DNA of 63,865 nt, filler included, from Octopus bimaculoides (taxonomy: Eukaryota): NCBI RefSeq assembly GCF_001194135.2. It is 5 parts of 5 records of this genome, joined end to end, with 100 filler letters (N's around TTAATTAATTAA, not from the genome) between each part and the next. Parts side by side here need not be neighbours in the genome. Positions count along the whole stretch, not along the records: positions 1 to 20,259 come from NC_068982.1; 4 more parts are not named here. One strand, written 5' to 3'. The notes under the pieces are model-generated. The model worked only from the letters and a program-made list of their open reading frames with translations. It did no database searches and was not told where the DNA came from. The number at the start of each line of letters is the position of its first letter. Position 1 is the stretch's first letter. Position numbers and translations under genes: made by a program. Shown here piece by piece: positions 1 to 12,700 of the stretch.

Positions 1-299
1 ATATATATATATATAATCTACGCACAGTAGCTACGTAAACTGCAAGCCGGCAGTTTTTTTTCCCATCGGAAAAAGATCGGTGCCATGAAAATAGAAATCT
101 AGCAGCATGTATATCCAACTACTCGTCTTCTTGGTACACAGTTCGTCACATACAGCTGCAAATACATGGTCAACTTTTACCGACCACTATATATATATAT
201 ATATATATATACATATGATTGTGCATATATGTGTATGTATAGATATACATACATATATTAGTATGTGCATGTGTACATGTTTATAAACACAGACACAGA

Positions 300-365
<66 letters not shown>

Positions 366-1729
366 CACATACAGGTATACGTATATATATTACACACGTG
401 TGTGTTTATTATTGTGTGCTGAAGATTGTAGAATGCGTCTCTTGAATACAGCCAGGACATGGAGAATCAGTGCCAGGAAGACATCAAACGTGAAGCTGTG
501 TGTATGTTATCCTTGTTGTCTTATATCGGGGTAAATATATGGAAGGGTATATTCGTTTACGTTGCTCTATCTATACGTATATATATATATATATATATAT
601 ATAGACGTGCATTTATCTGTGTGAGAGTGTTAGCTTGTGTGTGTTTGTAGAAGTGTGAGTGACACAGACAGAATGTGTAATGGGTGTGATGTGTGTGTGT
701 GTGNNNNNNNNNNNNNNNNNNNNNNNNNNNNNNNNNNNNNNNNNNNNNNNNNNNNNNNNNNNNNNNNNNNNNNNNNNNNNNNNNNNNNNNNNNNNNNNNN
801 NNNNNNNNNNNNNNNNNNNNNNNNNNNNNNNNNNNNNNNNNNNNNNNNNNNNNNNNNNNNNNNNNNNNNNNNNNNNNNNNNNNNNNNNNNNNNNNNNNNN
901 NNNNNNNNNNNNNNNNNNNNNNNNNNNNNNNNNNNNNNNNNNNNNNNNNNNNNNNNNNNNNNNNNNNNNNNNNNNNNNNNNNNNNNNNNNNNNNNNNNNN
1001 NNNNNNNNNNNNNNNNNNNNNNNNNNNNNNNNNNNNNNNNNNNNNNNNNNNNNNNNNNNNNNNNNNNNNNNNNNNNNNNNNNTTTTTTAAAGTATTTCTT
1101 CTCCGCTTTTGTTTTATTTTATTTATTTTTTTTACATCTGTTATTTTGTTTTTTATTTTTTGCATTTATTTATTTTGTTATTTATTTGATCTTCGATCTG
1201 TCTATTGTCCTGTCTGCCCGTTATTTATTTTCTTTTTCTGTTTCTTTTTTTATTTATTTCTTCCCTGTTAAAACTCCTATACTTTATACGTCTCACTTGC
1301 AAAAGCAATATGGCCGCTGATCGTTTTAACATTCAAAACATTGTTTCTTTATGTTTGGTTTCGCTCTCTTTCTCTCTCCTTGTACGCACACACACACACA
1401 CACACACACGCACGCACACACACACACACACACACACATTAGCATACAACTACGCATACACAAAGATATACAGATGCACAAACACAGAAAGAATACATCT
1501 CTTCATTCGTCGGCTTGCTAGAAATACCAGCTAAATACGTATCCAATTCTATCTTGCAAATATGAAAAAACAGGACACAATAATTTGAAAGACTGCGTTT
1601 GAATAAAAAACTGAATTGGCCACAGTTAGAAGGTCTTTGATCATACGTCTCTTTGATTAAAACTGATGCTATACAACATCAAGTATTTCATTGTACTGCA
1701 TCCCTTTGAGCTTCGTTGTTCCTCACTTT

Positions 1730-1822
1730 TATCTTTATCTCGTTGAAGAACTTTAACCTGGTAGTTTTTGGTAAGCAAGCTTCGATCTTCTGCCGCTAAT
1801 ATGAAACCTTCAGTCTCTGCTT

Positions 1823-1823
<1 letters not shown>
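1730..1823 (-). mobile_element. R4/Dong-clade non-LTR retrotransposon fragment (region just upstream of the CCHC knuckle)
   Basis: Translates KAETEGFILAAEDRSLLTKNYQVKVL, matching the conserved R4/Dong motif LKxETEGFIxAAQDQxLxTxNY. Directly abuts an (ATT)n tract. Confidence 0.8.
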
Positions 1824-1903
<80 letters not shown>

Positions 1904-1959
1904 ACTTTAACAGCAGCAGCAGTAGTAGCCTCAGGAGCAGCAGCAGCAGTAGTGGTAGC

Positions 1960-2014
<55 letters not shown>

Positions 2015-2015
<1 letters not shown>

Positions 2016-2830
2016 ACTGTCCACTTATCGCAGCGCCCTCAGCAAATCCGACACTGCAATAGGTGGAAAGTCCCTTTACCATTCTAAAGAGGATTCGTGG
2101 CGGGAAAGTACGACAACGTTCTTGGGAGACCTTGTGTGTCGAAGACGATCAGTTAGCTGCTTCCTTCCGGAGAACTTTCGGCCTGGGACCGACGGATAAC
2201 TTCCAGAAATCCCTATCCTGGCAGTGATACCGGGGCCTTGGGCTGTTCGAAATAAACTCTACAGGTACGGAAGTGCCGTCAGCTGAGCGTGTCCGAGATG
2301 CACGTAGAGCGACTAAACTGTCCTGCATGCACTCGTCCAGTGCCCAAGCGTTTCTGACCTGTGGGTTTATGTCGAACACATGCTGTTGCATGTGAGACAG
2401 ATCCGGCTATCAACTGAATCCATCGTGAAGATTGCCCCACCGTCTTCTTTTAACCGGGAAGGGTAGGCTGTGTTTATATGCCTGGTGGTCATATGAAAGT
2501 GGTTGTATGGTGAACGACTTTAAAGTGTCTGAAGACAAGTACTTTCCTCTTTGCACAATCCCTCATCAAATTCAAGTGAAACTTGAAGAAGAATATAAGG
2601 GTGGAATGGGAAGTGTTGCCTTCTAGCAATTTTTGTTGAAAAGTGGATGAGAGTAACGAGAATGGCACGAATGAACGGGCCTGCTCCGAGCATACACCCG
2701 TAATCGGAGAAGAGGAAATAAGACAAGGCACCAGCCACAGAAGTCAGGGCACCCGTGGTTTTATGGGGTTTTTCAATGAGCAACCCTCGAACATCTCCCC
2801 TTTATTGGCGATTATACACTGCTAATTTTG
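2015..2830 (+). mobile_element. Tx1-clade (L1-like) LINE, decayed ORF2 C-terminus plus part of the 3' UTR
   Basis: Reads PWAVRNKLYRYG...ACPRCT*SD*TVLHALVQCPSVSDLWVYVEHML, a Tx1/L1 C-terminal CCHC knuckle with several stops. The downstream motif cccgtggttttat is shared with 34381-34685. Confidence 0.8.
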
Positions 2831-3019
2831 TCGGGGGGGTTTTTTTGCGTTTAACCTGGTTACCCGCAAAACCCTCACAACAACACATACGCAAACATAT
2901 GCACACACGCATTCACTGTTTTGTCTTGTGTCGTCCATCAGGTTTTTCTTGATGTAAACCCTTTCTGGTCATTAAAAAAATCATCATCATCATCGTCGTC
3001 GTCGTCGTCGTCATCGTCA

Positions 3020-3065
<46 letters not shown>

Positions 3066-3075
3066 NNNNNNNNNN

Positions 3076-3135
<60 letters not shown>

Positions 3136-3140
<5 letters not shown>

Positions 3141-3275
3141 TAGTCTTATTTTTATCACATGATTTCACTGCACTTCCGAACGCAGCTCTGTGTTCCTTAG
3201 GTATGTGCTGTGGTTTGTTGTGGGGTATGCTCTTATTTTTACTATATTGAAAGTGTTTTATCTTCAATACAGTAT
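3136..3275 (-). mobile_element. 3' tip of an R4/Dong-like element between (ATT)n tracts
   Basis: Reverse complement gcacatacctaaggaacacagagctgcgttcggaagtgcagtgaaatcatgtgataaaaataagactactgaa(taa)n matches 35481-35560. It also matches the end at 36214-36230 of the endonuclease-bearing copy. Confidence 0.65.
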
Positions 3276-3301
3276 TATCATCATCATCATCATCATCATC
3301 A

Positions 3302-3345
<44 letters not shown>

Positions 3346-3354
3346 GGGGCGCGT

Positions 3355-3440
3355 TGGATTCACAGAATCGTTAGGGAGTCGGACAAAAATATTTAGCTGC
3401 ATTTGTACCGGCTCTTTACATCCTGTGTTCAAATTCAAAT
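3355..3440 (+). mobile_element. decayed tRNA-related SINE head
   Basis: cagaatcgttagggagtcggac...gttcaaatt contains degenerate A- and B-box-like motifs and matches the head of the family seen reversed at 61695-61835. Confidence 0.5.
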
Positions 3441-3785
3441 ACTGGGGGTTGAAGCAATCGGCTTGAAACTCTCGCTCATAATTACGGGCATCGTGCTAAA
3501 ATTAGAAACCATTACTTTTCGTCACTAGCCTCACCACCAACATCAACTCCGGTCGTGACAGCACCACCACCGCCGCAACCACCATCACCACCACTACCAC
3601 TGCCACCACCACCGTCTCCCTACCGCCCTCATTAAACTACAAAACCGTCTCAAAGGTGGCTCGCCATTGCTCTACTGAAATTTTCGTCACATATTTCAAA
3701 GTCGTTTGTTTATTTTATTTTCCTCTCGCTTTATGTCAATGTCACCATGGAGGTTTGCGTCAGGGTGTTTATATATCTACGTGCG

Positions 3786-3820
<35 letters not shown>

Positions 3821-3901
3821 GCACACACATGAGTTCTTAATACTGTTTCTTGTCACGTATATATCTATCAAACTTTCTATCAATCAATATACATACATAC
3901 G

Positions 3902-3938
<37 letters not shown>

Positions 3939-4301
3939 ATGTATATATTTGTATTGTTTTATGGGTGCATATATGTGTATGTATTTTTATGTCCCTCTAT
4001 AAGTGCGCATGCGCATGCTCGCGTATCTATGTATGTGTTAAAATGAATGTAAGATTCTCTTTCTATCTTCACCCTTTCTTTTTCTCTCTCTCTCCCTCCT
4101 CCTCCTCCTCCACCTCCACTTCCTTCTACTTTACTTTTTTGTTGGCATTCATTTATTCACCGTTACAGAAATATTACACAGAATTGCAATATCCGGTCAC
4201 TATTCCGGGCCTTAAAACGGAGAACTTAAAATGGCCGACTCTATCACAAAATTATGCACCATTTTGGTTTTTATATATTCCGTTTTTGTTCACACACACA
4301 C

Positions 4302-4343
<42 letters not shown>

Positions 4344-4529
4344 TTCTTTCCTAGGCTGCTATTGTTAATTTTTATTGTTATTATTGTTAGTGTTATTGCA
4401 GTTTTTTTTTAATGCTGTTGTTGTTGGTGTTATTGGCGAACGTTATTGTTTGCGCTTATCTTGTGGTAGATGCCATCGTTTTTACTGATGCCAACTTCTT
4501 TAGAAGGTTTAGTGGTTTCTTCAGCTTAC

Positions 4530-4694
4530 GATTCAACGCCAATATATTCATTATGCTCTTTGCGAATACCGCCACCACCGCCACAGCCACCGCCACCACC
4601 ACCACAATCATCATCAAAAGGTTCACTTCTGGCTGTAATGACTTGAAACAAGCGACATAGTGCAATATCTTCCAAGGCCATCAAAGGCGTCACC
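4530..4694 (-). CDS. candidate internal coding exon (phase 2-2), unknown protein
   Basis: Acceptor cttttatttattttccgaag and donor gtaagc flank 165 bp open as VTPLMALEDIALCRLFQVITARSEPFDDDCGGGGGGCGGGGGIRKEHNEYIGVE. No homology recognised. Confidence 0.3.
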
Positions 4695-4961
4695 CTTCGG
4701 AAAATAAATAAAAGGACGAAATAATAAAAAAAAAAACATACAAAAAACAAAACAAAAACTAAAATAAAATAAAAACAGAAAGTAAAAAGATGAAAAAAAA
4801 CACGAAAGCAACCTACATAAATTTTATAACATTTATCTCTTGCGGTCTCATCACCTCTCCATGCACGTATACATACATACATACATACATACATACATAC
4901 ACACATACATACACACATACATACATACATACGTACGTACATACGTACGTACATACATACA

Positions 4962-5021
<60 letters not shown>

Positions 5022-5250
5022 CATCTGTGTTTGTGGATAGCGAAATATACGCACATGTCTCTCTGTATTTTTGCGTATGTACATACCACATATTACATAT
5101 ATTTTGCGATTACCAGAAGTATTCTTTTCATGGGGAATGTGGGCAAATAATAGAAACTTAGTCAAGATTATCACCGAAACCACCACCACCACCACCACCA
5201 TAACCACCACCACCACCACCACCACCACCATCGCCATCGCCATCATCATC

Positions 5251-5310
<60 letters not shown>

Positions 5311-5324
5311 AATAAGCAATCTTA

Positions 5325-5656
5325 TTAGAGATGGCGTTTCGATAAAAATACCGGTTAGTAGCTAACCTTAAAACACACCTTAATGTTAAGTGAAAATGTC
5401 TAATATACAAATGTATCAAATAATGGTGTTAATGAGACTGGAACCAAAGGTGAAAGCCTTTCACCTGGTAGGTGTTCTGTGCTTGAGCAGCGCAGGCCCG
5501 GTCGTCATCCAGGCAATGCTTGTAAACTAAGCCAGGATAATCAGGAAAGCTTTAGAGAGTTGAACAGAACGAATAACATGATACCGTAGGATGCAGGTAG
5601 TAAGTTCGCCACGCATACATGACTCCAGGAGCTCCAACAAAACCTGTGATCAAGAG
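5325..5656 (+). mobile_element. probable 5' fragment of an R4/Dong-like element
   Basis: Translates GTKGESLSPGRCSVLEQRRPGRHPGNA, resembling the N-terminal xxGRCS...GRHP segment I recall from R4/Dong ORFs. Flanked by (AAC/AAT)n and (AAT)n. Confidence 0.45.
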
Positions 5657-5695
5657 AAAATAATAATAATAATAGTAATAATAATAATAATAATG

Positions 5696-5749
<54 letters not shown>

Positions 5750-6106
5750 GTCACTCCCGTCGATTTCGATGTATGAGTGTTTGAAGGATAGAATTTAAAG
5801 AAAAAAAGAAAGAAGTGAGAAAAAGAGAAAACAACTTTTGAAAAAAGAAAAGAAAGAACAAAGAAACTGCATCTGTTTGCGATGGATGCATGGATGTAAT
5901 TTGAGTCGAGGGATGGATTTTGCTATGAAGCCACACCTGGGACATTGATGGTTTTCATTTTGCCTGGGATTGGGCGAATGTGTCTGTTGGTTGCAGGATA
6001 TCGTTCTTTTATTGTTCTTTTTCTCCATCTCAAATTGTTTGGATACATCCTGACACATTTTACGCCATGCAGATCGATCTAGGCAATGACTTCCCCAAAA
6101 TGTCAA
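5750..6106 (-). mobile_element. RTE-clade LINE 3' end with C2H2-like finger and (ATT)n tail
   Basis: Translates DRSAWRKMCQDVSKQFE...HQCPRCGFIAKSIPRLKLHPCIH, a typical RTE C-terminus. The 3' end catcgaaatcgacgggagtgacc is followed by (ATT)n at about 5657-5748. Confidence 0.8.
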
Positions 6107-6122
6107 GTTAACTCATGAAGTA

Positions 6123-6208
6123 CCACTGTCCTATAAATAGGGCATTAAATGAGAACATTCAATAAGCTATATCACATTGTCTCAGTGTCCTATTTATAGG
6201 ACACCGAG
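6123..6208. mobile_element. 86-bp MITE with TA target duplication (Tc1/mariner-type)
   Basis: TA|ccactgtcctataaatagggca ... tgtcctatttataggacaccgag|TA gives about 22-bp terminal inverted repeats, each internally palindromic. Confidence 0.6.
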
Positions 6209-6394
6209 TATTTCCATTTCTACTTGAAGTAAAGGAGTTTTAATAATTATTTTTTTCATTTTGTTGGCCCCTCCCAGTAGATCATCTATTTCACCAGTTC
6301 AATCTTCATGGTGTAGTGGCGCTGGATTGTCTCAACTTTCGCCACTACCACGACGCTCTGCTATGCACATGTCCATTCAATACATACATAGATG

Positions 6395-6562
6395 GAGGAG
6401 ACCCCCGTCGGTCAAAACTGACCATGGGATTGCCTTTAGAAAGTTACCCTCCGAGGCACAAGTCCGGGCAAGGTTGTTGTGGAAGGCCAGAAGTCATCCA
6501 TGCATACCAGCCTCCCCTCTCCACGTCACTCATGTTATCCAAGGGAAAAGCTAAGGCCGATA
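6395..6562 (-). mobile_element. 3' part of a CORE-type SINE
   Basis: Matches the family at 31268-31530 (ggtc...gaccatggga...agaaagtt...gggcaaggttg...ttatccaagggaaaag). Confidence 0.7.
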
Positions 6563-6770
6563 CATACATACATACATACATACATACATACATACATACG
6601 TACATACATATATACATACATACACACACATATACATACACATATATATATATGTATACACACACACACACATGTTAATATATGGTATATGTGTAGTAAT
6701 GTATGAAGTAAAGGCAAAATTCCTGAAGATACCAAGCAGACATTCCGATACACAAAATTATTTTCACACA

Positions 6771-6803
<33 letters not shown>

Positions 6804-8182
6804 GTACACATGCACCACTTACGCACACACCCGTGCAAACCTGCACGCACATACAGCATATACACACACACACACACACACGCACGCGCGCAAATAGTCC
6901 GACGTACGACCAAACAGAAACGAGGTAAGAGTTGGAGAGAGAATAAAAGCGGAGTAAGAGGTTAGTCTGAGAGGGGAAGGGGTCGGGGTTAGAACTGAAT
7001 AAAAGAAGGAAAGAAATAAAATCGAAGGGTTGAAGATATAGAANNNNNNNNNNNNNNNNNNNNNNNNNNNNNNNNNNNNNNNNNNNNNNNNNNNNNNNNN
7101 NNNNNNNNNNNNNNNNNNNNNNNNNNNNNNNNNNNNNNNNNNNNNNNNNNNNNNNNNNNNNNNNNNNNNNNNNNNNNNNNNNNNNNNNNNNNNNNNNNNN
7201 NNNNNNNNNNNNNNNNNNNNNNNNNNNNNNNNNNNNNNNNNNNNNNNNNNNNNNNNNNNNNNNNNNNNNNNNNNNNNNNNNNNNNNNNNNNNNNNNNNNN
7301 NNNNNNNNNNNNNNNNNNNNNNNNNNNNNNNNNNNNNNNNNNNNNNNNNNNNNNNNNNNNNNNNNNNNNNNNNNNNNNNNNNNNNNNNNNNNNNNNNNNN
7401 NNNNNNNNNNNNNNNNNNNNNNNNNNNNNNNNNNNNNNNNNNNNNNNNNNNNNNNNNNNNNNNNNNNNNNNNNNNNNNNNNNNNNNNNNNNNNNNNNNNN
7501 NNNNNNNNNNNNNNNNNNNNNNNNNNNNNNNNNNNNNNNNNNNNNNNNNNNNNNNNNNNNNNNNNNNNNNNNNNNNNNNNNNNNNNNNNNNNNNNNNNNN
7601 NNNNNNNNNNNNNNNNNNNNNNNNNNNNNNNNNNNNNNNNNNNNNNNNNNNNNNNNNNNNNNNNNNNNNNNNNNNNNNNNNNNNNNNNNNNNNNNNNNNN
7701 NNNNNNNNNNNNNNNNNNNNNNNNNNNNNNNNNNNNNNNNNNNNNNNNNNNNNNATATATATATATATATATATATACATATACATACATATATATATGT
7801 ATACATCAATGTATATATATGAATGAAAGTATATATGAATCAATGGGGATGTGAATGTATGTTTCATATAGTGTTGCTAACAAACTTGTTGACGAAAAAC
7901 CCCATTGTTCCTGGTGCTTGTTGTGTCTCCACAGCAAGAAACTGTTAGTAGCTCTTTTTTAAATACTGTGTATATTACATGATATTTATCTCTCACTGGA
8001 TGAAGTACTTCTTTGTTGATCCTACTGTCACCCCGTCCGTTACGACGACGAAGGTTCCAGTTGATCGACCAACAGACAAGTCTGCTCGCAAAATTAATGT
8101 GCAAGTGGGTGAGTGCCCCACAGATATGTATAGCCTTACCATAGTTATCAGAGAAATTCAGCATGACACAAAATATAACAAG

Positions 8183-8231
<49 letters not shown>

Positions 8232-9026
8232 CGAGTGTGTAGACAAACGAAAGAAGGACACTCAACATATTTATTGGGAGCAAAATGTATAGATCAAAAC
8301 AGTTTGATTCAGACTCCTTGGTGCTCTGAGTTTCGAGCCTGAGCTTCGAGTATTGTGGTCAGATCCCAATAGCCGAAGACTAGCCTCACGCTTGAATCTA
8401 AACCAAGCTGTTTTGATATATATATTGTGAAGCCTTACACCAATAAAGTGGCAGGGTAGCCATAGAAAGATTGTTCTTAACCATGGATGTTTAAAAATGA
8501 AAATGAAACTGGGACTAAACACCAGCCTGTAAGTACTTAGGCCAGATTAAGAAGCAGCTAAAGTGTTAAAAAGCTAAACACAAGTTTAGTGACGTAAACC
8601 ACCAGTGAGATATTCAGCCTGTGTTATAAATAGACAAATTCATTTTTATTTTTCCCGTATGGATACATGACATGTCAAAGAAAATTTGGGAGTTTATCTT
8701 TTCATTAGAATGACTATAGGCTTTTGCAATGAGCTGGAACTAAAAGGCTAATTTGCTACACAAAACCTACAACTGACATAACAACACTTGCTTCATCCCT
8801 ATCACTACCACCCACGAGTTAATTGTTTTTCTTTTATACACAGACTCACACACATACACACATGTATATTACACGCATATATAAAATACACGTGTGTGTA
8901 TAGGTGTATTGTGACTCTCTTCTCTCACTTCCACTCTGTCTTTCTCACGTTATCTCTTTTTCTATATACAAGTATATATGTATGTGTGTATTGTATAGTG
9001 TGTGCTGTTCATATCTACCTACCTAC

Positions 9027-9081
<55 letters not shown>

Positions 9082-9089
9082 CCTGTGTG

Positions 9090-9181
<92 letters not shown>

Positions 9182-9901
9182 AACATAAATATCTACTATA
9201 TCTTTTAAAAGTAATCTTGCTTTCAAATCCGTTTCTATATTCTTTCACTCAGACAATCGACATAACTTGGAAAAAAACTTTAATTCATTTTAACTGTTTT
9301 GCGGTGATTTTCCTAATTTGAACCCGGGAGCTTTCTTTCGTAATTATCATTCGATTTCTAAAAGTGTTATTCTTGGACTATTCTCTTATTATTTTGTCTT
9401 TTAAAACGAGCGTTGTAATACGGAAATAAGTAAACCATAGTTGAGCGACTGTTTAAATCCGCCATGATTGCGTTATAGCCACTTGATATGGGAATAGGAT
9501 GAACGTCACAACATCACACTTCATCTCCACTTCATCCTCCTCATCCTTCCCTTGAAGCATCGGTCTTTATGCAATGAGAGTGGTTCGAGTGATTGCTAAC
9601 GATGATGGCAAATACTTAAGATGACCGAGTTTTAAGTAGATTAATTATGAAATTAACCGGTCCTAATTGGAAATTCAAGATGTCAGGTAACTAGCAGTTG
9701 ATGGTGTAAAGGAGGTGGGAGGATACGAGAGAGAGAGAGAGGGGGGAGAAGAGTTTGTGAGAGACAATAAGAGCCTAGCAGAGAGACCATGCGAAAGATA
9801 TAAAGATAGATGGATGTGTGGAGGGAGAAGGAAGGAGTATAGAGTAAAATTGTTGGAGGAAGAAGGAAAAGAAAGAGGTATACATATATAAGTGGATGTC
9901 T

Positions 9902-9971
<70 letters not shown>

Positions 9972-9979
9972 TAATAATA

Positions 9980-10140
9980 ACCCTTTCTACTATGAGCACA
10001 AAGCTTGAAATTTCAGTGGAGGGTACTAGTAGCTTACATCAACCCCAGAGCTCGACTGGTACTTAACTAATCGACCCTGAAAGAATGAAAGACAAAGTCA
10101 CGGCCAAGTGACTGAAACAAGTAAATGAATACAAGAATAT
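9980..10140 (-). mobile_element. SINE body (conserved central domain) joined to a forward SINE tail
   Basis: Contains actggtacttaactaatcgaccctgaaagaatgaaagacaaagtc, as at 25775-25912, followed by gactgaaacaagtaaa as in the tail of 16700-17100. Confidence 0.65.
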
Positions 10141-10169
10141 AAGAATATACATACACACACACACACACA

Positions 10170-10212
<43 letters not shown>

Positions 10213-11661
10213 GTATGTATATATATATATATGCATACATATATGCATGAGTGATAGATAACTGAAGGCATGCTGAGACGTATCTATGCATGTATGAAGC
10301 ATTTAAATGCATGTATATANNNNNNNNNNNNNNNNNNNNNNNNNNNNNNNNNNNNNNNNNNNNNNNNNNNNNNNNNNNNNNNNNNNNNNNNNNNNNNNNN
10401 NNNNNNNNNNNNNNNNNNNNNNNNNNNNNNNNNNNNNNNNNNNNNNNNNNNNNNNNNNNNNNNNNNNNNNNNNNNNNNNNNNNNNNNNNNNNNNNNNNNN
10501 NNNNNNNNNNNNNNNNNNNNNNNNNNNNNNNNNNNNNNNNNNNNNNNNNNNNNNNNNNNNNNNNNNNNNNNNNNNNNNNNNNNNNNNNNNNNNNNNNNNN
10601 NNNNNNNNNNNNNNNNNNNNNNNNNNNNNNNNNNNNNNNNNNNNNNNNNNNNNNNNNNNNNNNNNNNNNNNNNNNNNNNNNNNNNNNNNNNNNNNNNNNN
10701 NNNNNNNNNNNNNNNNNNNNNNNNNNNNNNNNNNNNNNNNNNNNNNNNNNNNNNNNNNNNNNNNNNNNNNNNNNNNNNNNNNNNNNNNNNNNNNNNNNNN
10801 NNNNNNNNNNNNNNNNNNNNNNNNNNNNNNNNNNNNNNNNNNNNNNNNNNNNNNNNNNNNNNNNNNNNNNNNNNNNNNNNNNNNNNNNNNNNNNNNNNNN
10901 NNNNNNNNNNNNNNNNNNNNNNNNNNNNNNNNNNNNNNNNNNNNNNNNNNNNNNNNNNNNNNNNNNNNNNNNNNNNNNNNNNNNNNNNNNNNNNNNNNNN
11001 NNNNNNNNNNNNNNNNNNNNNNNNNNNNNNNNNNNNNNNNNNNNNNNNNNNNNNNNNNNNNNNNNNNNNNNNNNNNNNNNNNNNNNNNNNNNNNNNNNNN
11101 NNNNNNNNNNNNNNNNNNNNNNNNNNNNNNNNNNNNNNNNNNNNNNNNNNNNNNNNNNNNNNNNNNNNNNNNNNNNNNNNNNNNNNNNNNNNNNNNNNNN
11201 NNNNNNNNNNNNNNNNNNNNNNNNNNNNNNNNNNNNNNNNNNNNNNNNNNNNNNNNNNNNNNNNNNNNNNNNNNNNNNNNTATTTGAAAACAAAAACAGA
11301 AAACAAAAACAGACATTAAATACTTGCAGCTTTATTTAAAAGATGTGTGGTGGCAATGGTGTTGGAGAGGAGGGGGTGCCGAGAAGGAGTATCGTTTGGA
11401 TTAAAGGAGTAAACGATAGGAGACAGGTTCGTATCGGATCAGAATCTAGTGGAGTTATTTGAAGGGCCTCAGCAGAAATGGTAGTTGAGAACATCGAGGA
11501 GTATTTCTAATTAGGGAAGGTGCAAAAAACAAAAAAAAAAAAAAAATCAGGAGAAAGAAGTTCGAAGGAGGAAGAGGAAGGAGTAGAAGGGGTGGAGAGT
11601 TAGAGGGAGGCTGAGAAGATGACGGGGATGATGATAACATTCTTGACGAAGAAGAGCTTGC

Positions 11662-11693
<32 letters not shown>

Positions 11694-11894
11694 ACGATGG
11701 TGATGATGACGAAGGTGACGGTAATGGTGCTGCTGCAGTTGTTGCTGCTGCAGTTGTTGCTGCTGACGATGAAGAATAAGAAGCTGATGAGATGATGTTC
11801 CTGTTGAATACGCGTGTGTTTGTGTGTGTGTGTGTGTCTGTATGTATATGTCTGTATAGGTTTGTGCACATGTACGTACGAATGTGTTTCTGTG

Positions 11895-11932
<38 letters not shown>

Positions 11933-12178
11933 NNNNNNNNNNTAAACAACATGAAATACGAAAACAAATGAGTTAAATACATAAAGAACGAGAGAAAAAA
12001 TGGAAAACAGGACAGATAATACAAAGAACAACCCTTCATTAGTTGTTGGCTGTCTGTCTATTCCCCATTTCGAGCAATCAACGACAATGGTCCTTATTTT
12101 CATTCTATTGCACAATTGTTTGCTTGTTTTTGTGGGTGTCTGGAAGGCGACCCATTTTCTATTTCACGTTCACTCTTA

Positions 12179-12700
12179 GACTAGGAGATGTGAGTGGGCT
12201 TGGAGGAGCAGCCTTGTTTTCCCAGAGGAGATGGTGAGGGCCTCACTCCGACCAGACATGATCCTTCTCCTTCTCTCCAGGAATACAAAAAGAATTATCG
12301 TAGTCGAACTCAAAGAGCTCTGGGAGGACAAACCCGATATTTCCCACCAGGTAAAGAAATCGAAATATCAAGATTTAGACGACGAGGCCCTTGTCATTGG
12401 ATGACATGCAGTCTCATTCGCCATTGAAGTCGGCTTCCGTGGCTTTACATGGAGATCGGTGCACTATTTCTTGTGGAAGATAATTCTGGAACTCAGTCAA
12501 CTGAAGAAAAGCATCAAGGAAGTAATAGGCAAGGGGGCTGAAAGTAGCCCAAGATGGCTATTGTTGATAAAAGACCACAAGTGGTCCCCGCTGCTCCATT
12601 CAGGTAAAGCATGTGGGCTAAGGGGCGAAACGCTTGTGAGCCTGAGATTCTGGCTGACGATACGAAAGGGTTTCCAGCATTGCAATAACCTTAGAAGAGT
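12179..12700 (+). mobile_element. HERO-clade non-LTR retrotransposon, restriction-like endonuclease C-terminus and 3' UTR (decayed)
   Basis: With one frameshift reads D*EM*VGLEEQPCFP/EEMVRASLRPDMILL...IIVVELKELWEDKPDISHQVKKSKYQDL...AIEVGFRGF...AESSPRWLLL. These are the RPD, IELxxPWE, KxxKY and EVGxRGF motifs of the HERO endonuclease. Confidence 0.85.

Noticed and set aside
430-500. Short complex segment reading RTWRISARKTSNVKL or MENQCQEDIKREAV
   Set aside because: Faintly like an RTE C-terminus or a small exon, but too short and lacking good splice sites.
4205-4240. aaaatggccg (YY1-like) and ttccggg (ETS-like) motifs
   Set aside because: Short motifs expected by chance, with no supporting promoter context.
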